A stretch of DNA of 64,000 nucleotides, from positions 9,238,001 to 9,302,000 of the forward strand of contig NC_043009.1 of the NCBI RefSeq assembly GCF_006345805.1. The letters run 5' to 3'. The position numbers and the translations under genes were made by a program. This DNA is from Octopus sinensis (lineage: Eukaryota). Shown one piece after another: positions 12,891 through 25,050 of the stretch; position 1 is the stretch's first letter; each line of letters starts with the position of its first letter. Under the pieces are notes generated by a model that was not told the origin of the DNA, made no database searches, and saw nothing but the letters and a program-made list of their open reading frames with translations.

Positions 12891-13451
12891 TATTTAAATA
12901 CCATACTATTTCTATATTTTTTGACCATTTGAAATCTACATAGAAAAATAATCTAAAAAAGTAACCTAAAAAATGAGTATTTTTATATACAATTATTGAT
13001 GACATCGCTGGATAACCAAAGAATAAAAACTACAGGTAATAATTCTACGTTATGCTTAATACAAGCTTAGATACCTTACATCACAATAATTAATTACCTA
13101 TTTATTTATTATATTAAACCCTTTTATAGGAATTAAACTTATATAATAACTGAAAAATTATTTTAATTAATATATACAATTATTGATGACTTCATGGTTG
13201 AATGAATGAATGACTGTCTTAAGTTGAATTTGATTTTGGCATTTTTTTTGTTAGCATTTATTAACTGCTAAAATTTTTTGAGATGTTCAGTTGGAATTTC
13301 ACCAATTTGGATTACCTTGATAATGTTGTGATGACATGTCTTTTGCAAGATGTTGTTATTAATTTTAATAATATTGTTTATATGTATGTGTGTGTGTGTG
13401 TGTTAATCTAAAATAAAGATATGATTTTCTTCATACATATTATTTGTTGTT

Positions 13452-13482
<31 letters not shown>

Positions 13483-13484
13483 CG

Positions 13485-14059
13485 AGCAAAACGCCCCCCC
13501 ACATCCAATGGATGGTGCTGAGTTGTCAAACATTTAAACCAAATTTTCTCAAAACAACTTGTCCGACCGTCCCATAGGCTTCCCCTTTGAGAAACACTGA
13601 TTTAACCTAAATTTGAGACACCAGCAAAAGAAGAAATAAAGATAGACTTTTTTTCTATTCCAAAGAAAAATGATTTTATTCACACAAATATGCAACCGAA
13701 GAGTTTAAAGTACCAGTGATGATAAGGCTCTTGACTGGGAGAACACAAACATGGTTTAAACAGTAAGCTTGGCAGGAAAGAAACATGTTTGCCAGCTTTT
13801 TTTGCGCAAACTGCATATGCATTTTTCTCGCGTACGCGTAGTATTGATTGCAACAGCTGATGTACTTGTGCATACAAATGCACGTTCCCACGGCTTTATC
13901 AATCGCATTCTCACCTGGAATCGATTTTTGTAATTTTTTCAAGACTTATACACGCTCTGATACCATCGGTATCTACATGTCAAATTCGGGCGCAATAGAA
14001 TGGAGGATGTCCGAGATCCTAGAAGACAGACAGAACGGATTTTATGTTATATATATATA
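13485..14059 (-). mobile_element. Non-autonomous Helitron-like element
   Basis: Minus strand starts ctatatatatataacataaaatccgttctgtctgtc and ends with a catcca/tggatg hairpin then CTCG|T (near CTAG|T). Confidence 0.45.
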
Positions 14060-14290
14060 GGGTCATCCCATAAATAATGCAGTTTTTTTTATACTTCCTC
14101 CTTTTAAACAATTCAGACCAATATTCAAATATCTAAAACTGTGAAAGAAAATACTCTTAAAGAAAGTAAAAAAATTGTATAAATTTTTGTAGATCTTGTC
14201 AGAAAAATGTCTGTTGATGGCTTGTCTTTTAAGTTTTATCAACAAACATCTTCTTCTATTAATTTCCTTTTTCTGTTTTTATCTTTGCAG

Positions 14291-14494
14291 TGGCCAAGAC
14301 TATGTCTGCTTGCTTCTGGGACTGGTATAGCTCCAATGTCAGCAATTGTAAAATCTATTCTAAATGATGAAGATAATGAAACAGTGATACAACTATTGTT
14401 TGCGTCTCGGTTTTATGAAGATATTTTATTAAAAGAAGACATAGAAAGCTGGGCAGACTATTGGAATTTCAGAGTTCTCTACTGCCTCAGTCAG
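14291..14494 (+). CDS. CYB5RL: NADH-cytochrome b5 reductase-like, internal exon (NADH-binding domain)
   Basis: atctttgcAG acceptor, 68 codons WPRLCLLASGTGIAPMSAIVKSILNDEDNET...WNFRVLYCLSQ, GTAAAT donor. The GTGIAP nucleotide-binding motif and the NDEDNET/WN pattern are recognisable from CYB5RL. Confidence 0.93.
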
Positions 14495-15265
14495 GTAAAT
14501 GAAATAAGTGAATTATTCTTTTATCTTTATTTTGGTAGATTGACAAAATGAGTAGAGTGTTGTAGAAGAGTGCTACCTGTCATTTAGCTGTTTCCTTTTA
14601 TGTTCTGAGTTCAAATCTTGCCAAGGTCATCTTAGTCTTTCATTCTTTCATGGCTGATAAAATAATGTAAAGTAGCCATCTCTGTATCATACTTAATGTA
14701 TATACACCGTTGAAAGGCCAGTTACAGCAGTATTTGTCCTGAGATAATGCACTGTATTAAAAACATAATAAATATCAGAAGGAGGTGAAAAAAACTGTCC
14801 ATCAGTGATCAATGAGAACACCAAGTGCATTTTAGCCTTTTTGGGACCTTTTTGAAGGACATGTACTCACAGCCTGCCACATGCCAGGGCAAGAATTCTT
14901 TACCTCCAATATAGGAAGCAGGGAATAAAACTTTCGCTGGTAATCTGAATAACCTTCTGGCAGAATAAAAATCTGGTATAAAGTACAATTTAAATATTGG
15001 GATTGATTTCATCAACTGTTCCCTCCCCCTCAAAATTTGTGGCTATGTGCCTAATGTAGAAAGCATTTTTGAATTATTGCGTTAGAGCTTCAAAGGAGTT
15101 CTTGATGGCGAGGAGACAATAGAAATGGTAAAATACTTAAATGCTTTACAATATTTGTTGCGTCCAGCCAGCATCCTGTATCCAGATCCCACTGAGGTTG
15201 TTTGTGCATTTCATTCACCTGGGATCAATAAAATAATACATAAGGGAGTCGGTGTTAGTTAATTA

Positions 15266-15831
15266 TTGGGTTGTCCGGAAAGTTCGTGTTGATTTTTAAA
15301 GGAAAGAAAAAGGTCAATAAATACTTGCCATTACATTTTTAATCAACCAGATATGAACCATTTTGTTGCACAATGCATCTCCATCTTTCCTTTAACTTGA
15401 AAATACCCTCTTCCCAGAATTGAGGTAGTTTCATGGCAAAGAATTCATCAAGGTATCTTTTTACATCATCCAAGAAATTGAAATTTTTACCATTAAGACT
15501 ATTCTGCAGAGACCTGAATAAGTGGAAATCCGAAGGAGTAATATCTGGTGAATATGGAGGGTGGGGTAACACATCCCAGCCGAGCTGCAGCAATTTTTGT
15601 CTGGTTCACAAAGCATCAAGTGCTGAAAATGAACTTTCTTATCTTCCATTTTAAAGGGTTACAGAATTAACACAGGTTATAGGAACATAAACCTTCTTCC
15701 ACAAAAAAATAGCTTAAACTGTGCTCTAAATGGAGGTGTAGTGAAATCCTATTTTATGGACTCAACCATGTTCTAAAATAAGTCAAAAGGTTTGCTGCTA
15801 TAAATCGGCATGAACTTTCCGGACAACCCAA
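15266..15831 (-). mobile_element. Mariner deletion derivative with TIRs and TA TSD
   Basis: TIRs ttgggttgtccggaaagttcgtg / catgaactttccggacaacccaa, TA on both sides; transposase C-terminus LGWDVLPHPPYSPDITPSDFHLF at 15339-15593. Confidence 0.92.
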
Positions 15832-15887
15832 TAGAACCATCCTTTCAAGATGTGTGACTTTGTGCCAATCACTATTTTACCAAAACT

Positions 15888-16105
15888 AAGGCAGCAAGCT
15901 GGCAGAATCATTAGCATGCTGGACAAAATGCTTAGCTGCATTCTGCCTGTCGCTGTGTTCTGAGTTCAAATTCTGCCGAGGTTGACTTTACCTTTCATCC
16001 TTTCAGGGTCAATAAATTAAGTATCAGTGAAACACTGGGGTCGATGTAATTGACTTGTCCTCTCCCACAAAATTTCAGGCTTTGTGCCTTTAGGAGAAAG
16101 GATTA
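15888..16105 (+). mobile_element. SINE family B
   Basis: aggcagcaagctggcagaatcattagc...ctgagttcaaattctgccgagg...cctttcatcctttcagggtcaataaattaagt. Confidence 0.8.
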
Positions 16106-16675
16106 TTTCACCAAAATTTCAATGAAACTTAAGCCCCTATGGAGTGTAAGTTGTCAATGACATTTCTCCATTGTTCTTGACTCTGGACTATTTTTTCCTC
16201 TCCTGGGTTTTGTTGGTTTTGAATTGTCATTGATGCTTCTGTAACTTTACTTTTTTCTAGGACCCTATGTAGATCCATTTTTACCTCTGGAAAAAGATGG
16301 TAAGGGAGGGGAGATCCTTACAAAGTGCTTGCACATTGCTGGTATAGCTCTGAGGATCACTGAGGCACACAAGCCAACGTATAACAAGGACTGGGCCTTG
16401 TGATGAAAAAATGAGAAAGCACACTCTAAAAGCTTCACTGTATTTACTTCCATCTCTCAAATCTTCTGGGTTCAAGTCCTTCCAGAGCAGTCATTATCTT
16501 TTACTAATCCTGGAGTCTGTGTGAGTGTGTGGAGGGGGGGGGGGTATTAAAAGTTCTAGTTTTTTACTGTTATTGATTCAGCCAACTTTATCTCTCTCTC
16601 TTTTAAATATTTGTTGCTTTAAATATTTGTTCCAATGCAAAAATCAATATTTTTTGTTCACAAAGAAGAGGGTTG

Positions 16676-17150
16676 TAGCTGTCCAAATTGTCATCTTGAC
16701 TGGCTTATTGTCACCATAATTGCCATACTGTCCAAAATATTAATATTGTAGGTTCACAGTTCAAGTTGTCAAAAGACTTGGCTTACAGTTCAAAGTATCA
16801 ACAGACTTGATTTACTGTTCAAACTACCAGCATCAATAAATTTTCTGTTCAAAATGCCAACATGTTTAGGCTACTGTTGACTCTCTATTCAGGGTGTCTG
16901 CATGTGTTGCTGTATATTTTTTCATCAAAATATCTAAGTTTGGCCTTGTGTTCAAAATGTCAACACATTCGGTGAACTTGTCCGATGTTTCAACATGCAT
17001 GGTTTACTGTCCAAAATGATTTTATGCTTGAGTTACTGTATGAAAATGATGACATTCTTGTTTTTTTTAACAAAACGCCAATATGACCGGTTAATTGTCC
17101 AAAATGATAACATGCTCAGATGACTGTCCAATGTATCAGCATGATTTCAT
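16676..17150. repeat. Degenerate ~29-bp tandem array (~15 units)
   Basis: Approximate consensus ACTGTYCAAAATGTCAACATGCTTGGYTT, e.g. acagttcaaagtatcaacagacttgattt, actgtccaaaatgattttatgcttgagtt, attgtccaaaatgataacatgctcagatg. Confidence 0.75.
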
Positions 17151-17465
17151 CCATCATCATCATCATCATCATTTAACATCCGTTTTCCATGCTAGCATGG
17201 GTTAGATGATTTTGACTGAGGGCTAGCGAACCGGATGGCTGCACCAGGCTCCAATCTTGATCTGGCAGAGTTTCTACAGCTGGATGCCCTTCCTAATGCC
17301 AACCACTCCGAGAGTGTAAGGGATGCTTTTACATGCCACCAGCATGGGGGCCAGTCAGGCAGTACTAGCAATGACCTTGCTCAAATGTTTTTACACGTGC
17401 CACCGGCACAAGTGCCAGTAAGGCGACGCTGGTAATGATGTTGACACTGGTAACAATATCATCAT
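17150..17465 (-). mobile_element. RTE 3'-tail repeat (family C)
   Basis: (CAT)n tail then gctggatgcccttcctaatgccaaccactccgagagtg. Confidence 0.8.
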
Positions 17466-18193
17466 CATTTAATATTTGCCTTCTGTGTTGGCATGGGAAC
17501 AGAATATCAACAATACAAATCTCTCTGTCTTGGAGTTCCTATAAAAGACAAAAGTTATGGGCAGTGATTCTTCATTTTCATTAAACTATAAAAAAAATTT
17601 TCTCCCTTAACTTCCAAGAGTATATAACTATATTCCATTACATTCTGTTGAACCTGTTTTGGGATTTTTCCTCACAAAAATTCTGCTCTATATTTTCTGT
17701 AAAAATAAAGTTCCTGGATTTTACCATTTAAAAATTAAACGTCTCAACTAGTAATGCCCGAGAATGTTTAAATTAGTGTCTCTTGTTGCTTCTAATATTT
17801 TTTAATAAATAAATTGAAATTTAGAGCAACAAGAAGATCTTGCAGTTGTAAAAGAAGGCCTCAATAAAAAGCATTTGTCCAGTTTATGGATGTAAGGACA
17901 CTAAATGAAAGAACAGCATATATACATTCATGTGTGTGTGTATTTAAGTGTATGTATATGTGTTTGTATGTGTGTATATGTGTGTGTGTGCATATATATA
18001 TATATATATATATTATTTTTAATTACTAGAAATTACAAAAGAGGCTTAAGAGCTGAAAGTTTTGTGCATGAGATTTATCAAATTAAATGAAACTGTCGGC
18101 CCTTGAATTACTTTCGTAACTTCTGATGATTAAAAATGAAAAACATATTTATTGCATTGAGTTCTATTTATCCTGTTTGTTCTATCAAACCTA

Positions 18194-18224
<31 letters not shown>

Positions 18225-18231
18225 ATGTGTA

Positions 18232-18282
<51 letters not shown>

Positions 18283-18301
18283 GTATATATGTATATATAT
18301 A

Positions 18302-20550
18302 CAGGGGTTGGACAAAATAATGGAAACACCTTGCATCATAGCATCATAATTTTGAAATATCTATAAATCCGTAAAAAGCTTGTTTATTTTCATGTTTTAT
18401 GATTTACTATTAGTGTTGCTTAATATATTTTGCTAAAATTGCTGTTTCTCTTCAGATATCATCAGATAAGGGTAATTAAAATTCATTAAAATTACAGATC
18501 TATCGGACTTTCGAAGAGGTCAAATTGTTGGTGTTCATATGGCAGGCACTAGCGTAATAAAAACAGCTGAAATGTTTGGTGTATCAAGAAGTTCTGTCTT
18601 GAAAATAATGAAAGCCTTTGAGAAAGAGGGAAAAATCTCCTTGTCAAAACAAAACTCTGGAAGGAAACCAAAACTTTCAGATAGGGACCGTTGGACTCTT
18701 ACGCGAATTTTTATAAAGGATCACAAAAGTACAGCTCCCCAAATTACTGCAGAGCTTAATGACCACTTAGAGAACCCAGTTTCCACAAAAACTGTTTGCC
18801 AGGAGCTGCACAAAGCCAGATTTCACGGGAGGGCTGCAATCAGAAAACCACTACTTTTAAAAGCAAATGTTGCAAAGCATTTTGAGTGGAGTAAGAACCT
18901 ACAGAACTGGTCCCTAGAGCAGTGGAAGAATGTTATTTTTTCGGATGAGTCATCCTTTGCCTTATTTCCGACCACTGGCCGAGTATACGTGTGGAGACAG
19001 CCAAAAGATCCAGACTGCCTTTATCCAACTGTTAAATCTGGAGGAGGATCTGTGATGATCGGGGTGGTGGGGGGGGGCTATATCTTGGAAATCCACTGGC
19101 CCACTGGTTTCCCTTCATGGCAGATTTAATAGTCTAGACTATTTAAGCATTTTATCTGATCAAATTCATCCTAAGTTTGCGGAACTGTTTCTGGAGGGAA
19201 ACACAATCTTTCAGGATGATAATGCACTCATTCACACAGCTAAAGTAGTTAGTGAATGGCACAAGGAACATTCTAGTGAAGTTGAACATCATATCTGGCC
19301 ACCACAGACCCCAGATCTCAATATTATTGAACGTGCATACCTTCCTTCTTGTGACACTTGTGAAGACCGGTTGAGGCAAGTGAAAATCAAATCAAATCAA
19401 ATCAAATCAAATCAAATCAAAATAGACAAAATAGATGAACATCAATGGAATTTGTATCTTGTGGTACCAGTGCCTGTGGCACACAAGAAATCCATCAGTG
19501 CCGTAGTCAGTGCGGTGGGCACATGACAAACACCATCCGATCGTGGCCGTTCGCCAGCCTCATCTAGCACCTGTGTCGGTGGCACATAAAAACACCATCC
19601 GAAGACCCGGCAAGACTAGTCAGGCCATAACCCATGGCCCCTACCTGGGACGTAGTCAGTCCACCTGTGCATACCTTCCTTCTTGTGACACTTGTGAAGA
19701 CCTGTTGAGGCAAGTGAAAATCAAATCAAAACAAATCAATATAGATGAACATCAATGGAATTTGTATCTTTGTGGCACGTGGCACATAAGAAAACCATCC
19801 GAACGTGGCCGTAGCCAGTACCGCATCGACTGGCCTCCGTGCTGTGGGCACGTAACAAGCACCATCCGATCGTGGCCGTTTGCCAGCCTCATAAAAACAC
19901 CATCCGAGCGTGGCCGTCTGCCAGCCTCGTCTGGCACCTGTGTCGGTGGCACATAAAAACACATCCGAGCGTGGCCGTCTGCCAGCCTCGTCTGGCACCT
20001 GTGTCGGTGGCACATAAAAAACACCATCCGAGCGTGGCCGTCTGCCAGCCTCGTCTGGCACCTGTGTCGGTGGCACATAAAAAACACCATCCGAGCGTGG
20101 CCGTTTGCCAGCCTCGTCTGGCACCTGTGTCGGTGGCACATAAAATCACCCACTACACTCTCGGAGTGGTTGGCGTTAGGAAGGGCATCCAGCTGTAGAA
20201 ACACTGCCAGATCTGACTGGACTGGTGCAGCTTTCGGGCTCCCCAGACCCCAGTTGAACCGTCCAACCCATGCTAGCATGGAAAGCGGACGTTAATTGAT
20301 GATTGATTTGATTGATTGATTATGTTGTATTTTAGAAAAGCAGGCAAGGAGTCGATATCCTCCACCATCATCACTACAAGAACTGGAGACTGTTTTAGCT
20401 GAAGAATGGACAATAATTTCTTTGGAAACAATCCAAACTTTGTACGAGTCCATAGAATTCAAGCTGTAATTACTGCCAAAGGTGGTCCTACCCCATATTA
20501 AAATAAATTTGTTTGAAATTTTAAGGTGTTTCCATTATTTTGTCCAACCC

Positions 20551-20553
<3 letters not shown>
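18302..20553 (+). mobile_element. Tc1-like DNA transposon (DD36E spacing), interrupted
   Basis: 31-bp perfect TIRs caggggttggacaaaataatggaaacacctt at 18302 and 20523. Transposase pseudogene: HTH region 18497-18900, FSDES, QDDNA-x-PDLNIIE, and C-terminus RIQAVITAKGGPTPY* after the insertion. Confidence 0.95.
19334..20322 (+). mobile_element. 5'-truncated RTE 3' UTR insertion containing a 61-63-bp tandem array
   Basis: Matches 36925-37508 and splits the Tc1 transposase just after the catalytic Glu codon; repeat units start at 19906, 19967, 20030, 20093. Confidence 0.85.
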
Positions 20554-20593
<40 letters not shown>

Positions 20594-20617
20594 AACACAA
20601 ATGCACACCCACACCTA

Positions 20618-21510
20618 CAGAGGGTGCAATGGGTGAATTGTCACCATTATTTATTTTTTATTTCATGCATGTGCATTGTTTGTTTTTGATTTTGTTCCTT
20701 ACACAGTATAGTAGGGTCAGTTGGGCACAGTCTGTGAGAAAAACAACACCATGACGCAATTCACTCTGCCATAAATTTGCAAACAACATGCCTTACTGTT
20801 TGGCGTTTGCACCAGAAGCTCTAATACAAACATTTCAGATTGTTTGGGTGTCAGTTTGAGGACAGTGCAATCTGAGGAAACGTACTGAGAGTGATAAAAA
20901 TCAAGCATCCAGTCAACATCATGGTGTTTGGAGTGATCACTTGTGATGGAGACATGCCTCCATTCATCCTCCCTCACGGCCGCAGACTCAACACAGAGGC
21001 CTACATTAAGTGCCTGGAGGAGGTAGTGCAGCCCTGGATCAAGGGGGTGGCTGCTGGAAGACTCTATGTCTGGCAACAGGACTCTGCACCATGCCACACA
21101 TGCAAGAGAACTCAGTCATTGCTGTCAGGCAATTTCTGCAACCACATCACCCCCTAACACCTGGCCACCTAAACTCCCCACACTGCAACCCCCTTGATTA
21201 TTATGTGTGGGGTGCAGTTGAGTGAGAGACCAACAAAACTCCCTGTAACACCAAAGATGAACTGAAAGCAAGGATTATGGTAGCATTAACCAACTTAAAC
21301 AAGGAGACCGTCCAGAAGAGTTGTAGGAGATTCCGAAGTCGTCATCTGGAGGCTGTGGTTGAAGCCACTGATGATTTTATTGAATGAATTTACTCTTTAG
21401 TATTCCTAGATATTTTTATGTAATTTTGGTAAATATGTTTGTTAAAATGAGATGTCAGCATTATTTTTGCTTTTGAGTAATTTAGATGACAGTTTATTCA
21501 CCGCATGCTG
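20618..21510 (+). mobile_element. maT/DD37D-like Tc1/mariner deletion derivative
   Basis: Imperfect ~23-bp TIRs, TA flanks; YVWQQDSAPCH...WPP.NSPHCNPLDYYVW gives 37 residues between the last two Asp after repairing one frameshift. Confidence 0.85.
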
Positions 21511-22812
21511 TATATATATATATATATGGCTTCTGTATAGTATGAACACTTCTCAAGTTTAATGTAACTTGAATCACTAAAAGTCACTAAAAATCATACT
21601 TTATTAATCATGTCCTGTAAGGAAGAAAGTGCACCACCTTCCACCAAGTAGTAAAATTTATTAACACTTCATATCAGCATTGGCAAATTCACATGATTAC
21701 ACATTACTTCATAAGCTTTATTTACAAAGGAAAATGGTAAGAAATATTTTAATTTTTCCTAATCAGTACAGGCCTAATGTAAGTAATAATTTTATATTTC
21801 ATCTCATTCAGTAAAGCTTGTTAACGTTTTCATCTCACTTAATAAAGTTTATTAACACTTAAAGTCAACATTATCAAACCCATGTGGCTTATCACTTACA
21901 TCGTAAATTTGTTTAGAAAGTAAAGTAAAGTAAAAGGAAGTATTTTAATTTTTCGTTACAGACACAGATTTAATATATGTAACAATTTTATATTTCATCT
22001 CATTTCATAAAGTTTATTAAAGTTTTTCACTTATTTAGTAAAGTTTATTGATACCTAACAACAACATTATTCACAAAGTAAAATAATATTTACAAAGTAA
22101 AGCAAACTTTGAGGTTAAAAGAATAAAAACAACTGAAAGAAAACAAGATGAAACACAAGAAGAAAATGAAACAAGACTTGATGCAAAAAGATTAGAAATT
22201 ACTGAAAATAGTAAGAAATAAGCCTCACCATTTTAAACATGTTCTGTGCTTATATATTTATGATATATTGAACTTTACTGCAGAATATAAACTTAGAAAG
22301 AACTTTTAATTTCTAAATTATGATAATATTTATCCATGGTAATGTTTAACATATTTTTCTAATTATAATATTTAGTTTATTACTTAATTAATTTACGCCT
22401 ACAATTCAGTTTACCCGGTAAAAAAAAAAGTGTTATAAATATTTATAAAAAATACATACATATATATTAGTGTATGTATCTATGTGCACATACATGTGTT
22501 AAATCTTTTAGAGTCTTTATATCATATTTTCTTGTCCCTGACTTAAATATTGTTTCTGTTTCTGTTAGAATATACAAGCTTGTGGTTGTCTGTTTTTGTT
22601 TACAGACAATGCAAAGTCTCTCTCCCCTCCCTCTCTCCCTCCCGCCCCCCTCTCTTAATACTGTTTTAAATAATTATATTTTATTATACATTATTAATTT
22701 AATTTATGAATACCAAAAATCTACTCTAATTTTAAAATTCTGTCAGAAGAATTACAAGGTTATAATAATATTTATTTTAAAGAATTTTGAAGTTGTTTAT
22801 ATATCTATATCT

Positions 22813-22844
<32 letters not shown>

Positions 22845-23119
22845 GTGTATGTATGTATGAATGTATGTATATATATATATATATACATACACACATACAT
22901 ACATACATACATAAATTATATGTCTATACATATACTCAGTTTTCTGTGTGCCTGTGCACATGAAGCCTTTATACACACACATACACATGCACATATTTGT
23001 ATATAAAGCCTGAGGCCATTACTGGAGAAGTATTTGGCTAAGATTAAACTGTTATTCCTGAAGAAGGTTTTTGATAGAGTACCACATACAGTAATCTTGT
23101 GGTCAGTAAGAAAATTAGG

Positions 23120-25050
23120 TACTGATGAATAACTTGTGAGAGCAGTGCAAGCTATGTACAAGGATGTAGTAAGTAAAGTGAGAGTCAACAATGTATTCAA
23201 TGAGGAATTTAGTGTGAGGGCTGGAAACCACCAAAGCTCAATTCTCAGCCCTATTCATCTCCTATTCATCATAATCCTACAAGCCATTATAGAGGAGTTT
23301 AAGACTGTCTGTCCTTGGGAGCTCCTGTATGTTGATGACTTAGTTCTCATATCTGAATCCAGAGAGGAATTGGAGAAAAAATTCCAGAAATGGAAGCTAA
23401 ACCTGGAACCAAGGGGCTTTAAGGTAAACCAAGAAAAGACAAAGGATTTAGTAAGCAAGAAAGAAGACACGACTCTGGTACCTTCAGAGAAATGGCCTTG
23501 CTTGATATGCAGAAAAGGAGTAGGTATAAACTTCATATGTTGTATGTAATGTAAGCTGTGGACATACAAGAGATGTGAAATTACTGACAGCCTAACTGAA
23601 AACGTAGGTTTCATATGTGGTAGGTGCACTGGAGCAGTTCATACTAGCACACCAGAAACTCAGTCTCCTAAATACTCAATCAGTTCACTGAAATCGAAAT
23701 CAAAATCAAATTCTATGACTGGTATCCATGCTAGTGGAGCGCTAAGAGTACCATACAAGTGAGATTGTTGCCAGAGCAACAAGCTGGCCTCTGTGCCAGT
23801 GGCATGTAAAAAGCACCATTTGAGTGTGGTCGTTACCTGTGACACCTTACTGGCACTTGTGCTGATGGCACGTGAAAAAACATTCAAGTGAGGTCGTTGC
23901 CAGTGCTGCTGGTCTGGCTCTTGTGCAGGTGGCACATAAAAAGCACCATTTGAGCGTGGCCGTTGCCAGTACCGCCTAACTGGCCCTCGTGCCAGTGGCA
24001 TGTAAAAGCACCCACTACACTTTCAGAGTGGTTGGCATTAGGAAGGGCATCCAGCTGTAGAAACTCTGCCAGATCAGATTGGAATCTGGTGCAGCCATCT
24101 GGTTTGCCAGACCTCAGTCAAATCGTCCAACCCATGCTAGCATGGAAAGCGGATGTTATACTATGATGATGATGAGTTCACTACAAGTAGTTAATTGCTT
24201 TTGTTACTTGGGAAATGTAATTAGCAAGGAAAGTGGCTGCTCTGAAAGCATAGTAACCAGAGTAAGAACAAACTGGAAAAAGTTCAGAGTTACTACCGCT
24301 GTTGGCAAAAGGTTGTTTCCCTGAAAGAGAAAGGCAGATTATATGATGCTTGTGTTAGAACCGCAATGCTGCATGGTAATAAGACATGGACCTTGAGTGC
24401 AGAGGAGATGAGAAGACTAGAAAGAAGTGCAGCTAGCATGCTCTGTTGGATGTGCAAATTAAGTGTGCATGAACATCTCTATATATATAAACGGCAAAAT
24501 GTCTGTGTGTGTGTGTGTGTGTGTGCATGTCCTTTATACAAATCCACAATTTTTCAGTTAGAGGGCTCGCACTTTCTATGGTCATTCAAAACCGTCCAAG
24601 GGTGGTCATGCACATCTTTACATTTCCTCAGTCACCCTGCAAAGCCATTAAAAAAATCAATAGAAGTGACTTTTTTGTGAATTTTCTACCCAAAACCCAA
24701 TCAAAATGCCTGAAACTTGATACGCCAATTGAATGCCAGCTAGCTGTATGTGATTGGTCGGAGATTTGGACAGTACTCGCGTGTATGTGCGCACGCATGC
24801 AGCTGTATATGCATGCACTAGCACTCTGACCCGGCATTGCTGGGTCATAGTGCAAGTCATAGTATAAATGTGCTGAGAGAAAGACTGGACATAACAGGAA
24901 TCAGATGCAGTGTGCAAGGAAGAAGATTGTGTTAGTACAGACACATAATGTGCATGGACGAGGACAACCGTATAAAGAACTACCAATCACTAAATGTGGC
25001 TGGAGCCTGTGGATGGAGTGGTGAAGGCTGATCTCAGAACCATGACCCTC
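23120..25050 (+). pseudogene. Degenerate RTE RT fragment split by two nested insertions
   Basis: AMYKDVVSKVRV...WELLYVDDL...WPCLICRKGVG (23136-23640), VVNCFCYLGNVI (24180-24475), VLRERLDITGIRCSVQ (from 24857). Interrupted by a family C copy (about 23690-24175) and a Helitron. Confidence 0.85.
24476..24856 (+). mobile_element. Non-autonomous Helitron
   Basis: Inserted between A and T of the RTE fragment; 5' TC; subterminal hairpin tgacccggcattgctgggtca (24828-24848); 3' CAAG (near CTAG); no TSD. Confidence 0.75.

Noticed and set aside
14060-14082. Mariner TIR identical to that at 44423
   Set aside because: Solo end with no partner or transposase nearby, so not reported as an element.
19906-20150. 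Regularly spaced repeats resembling a CRISPR array
   Set aside because: Units are contiguous with no unique spacers, the context is eukaryotic, and no cas genes are present.
19510-20279. ORFs with repeated CHRHRCQTRLADGHARM or MPPTQVPDEAG units that look like Cys/His repeat proteins
   Set aside because: They arise from the 63-bp tandem unit of the RTE 3' UTR and are open on both strands.
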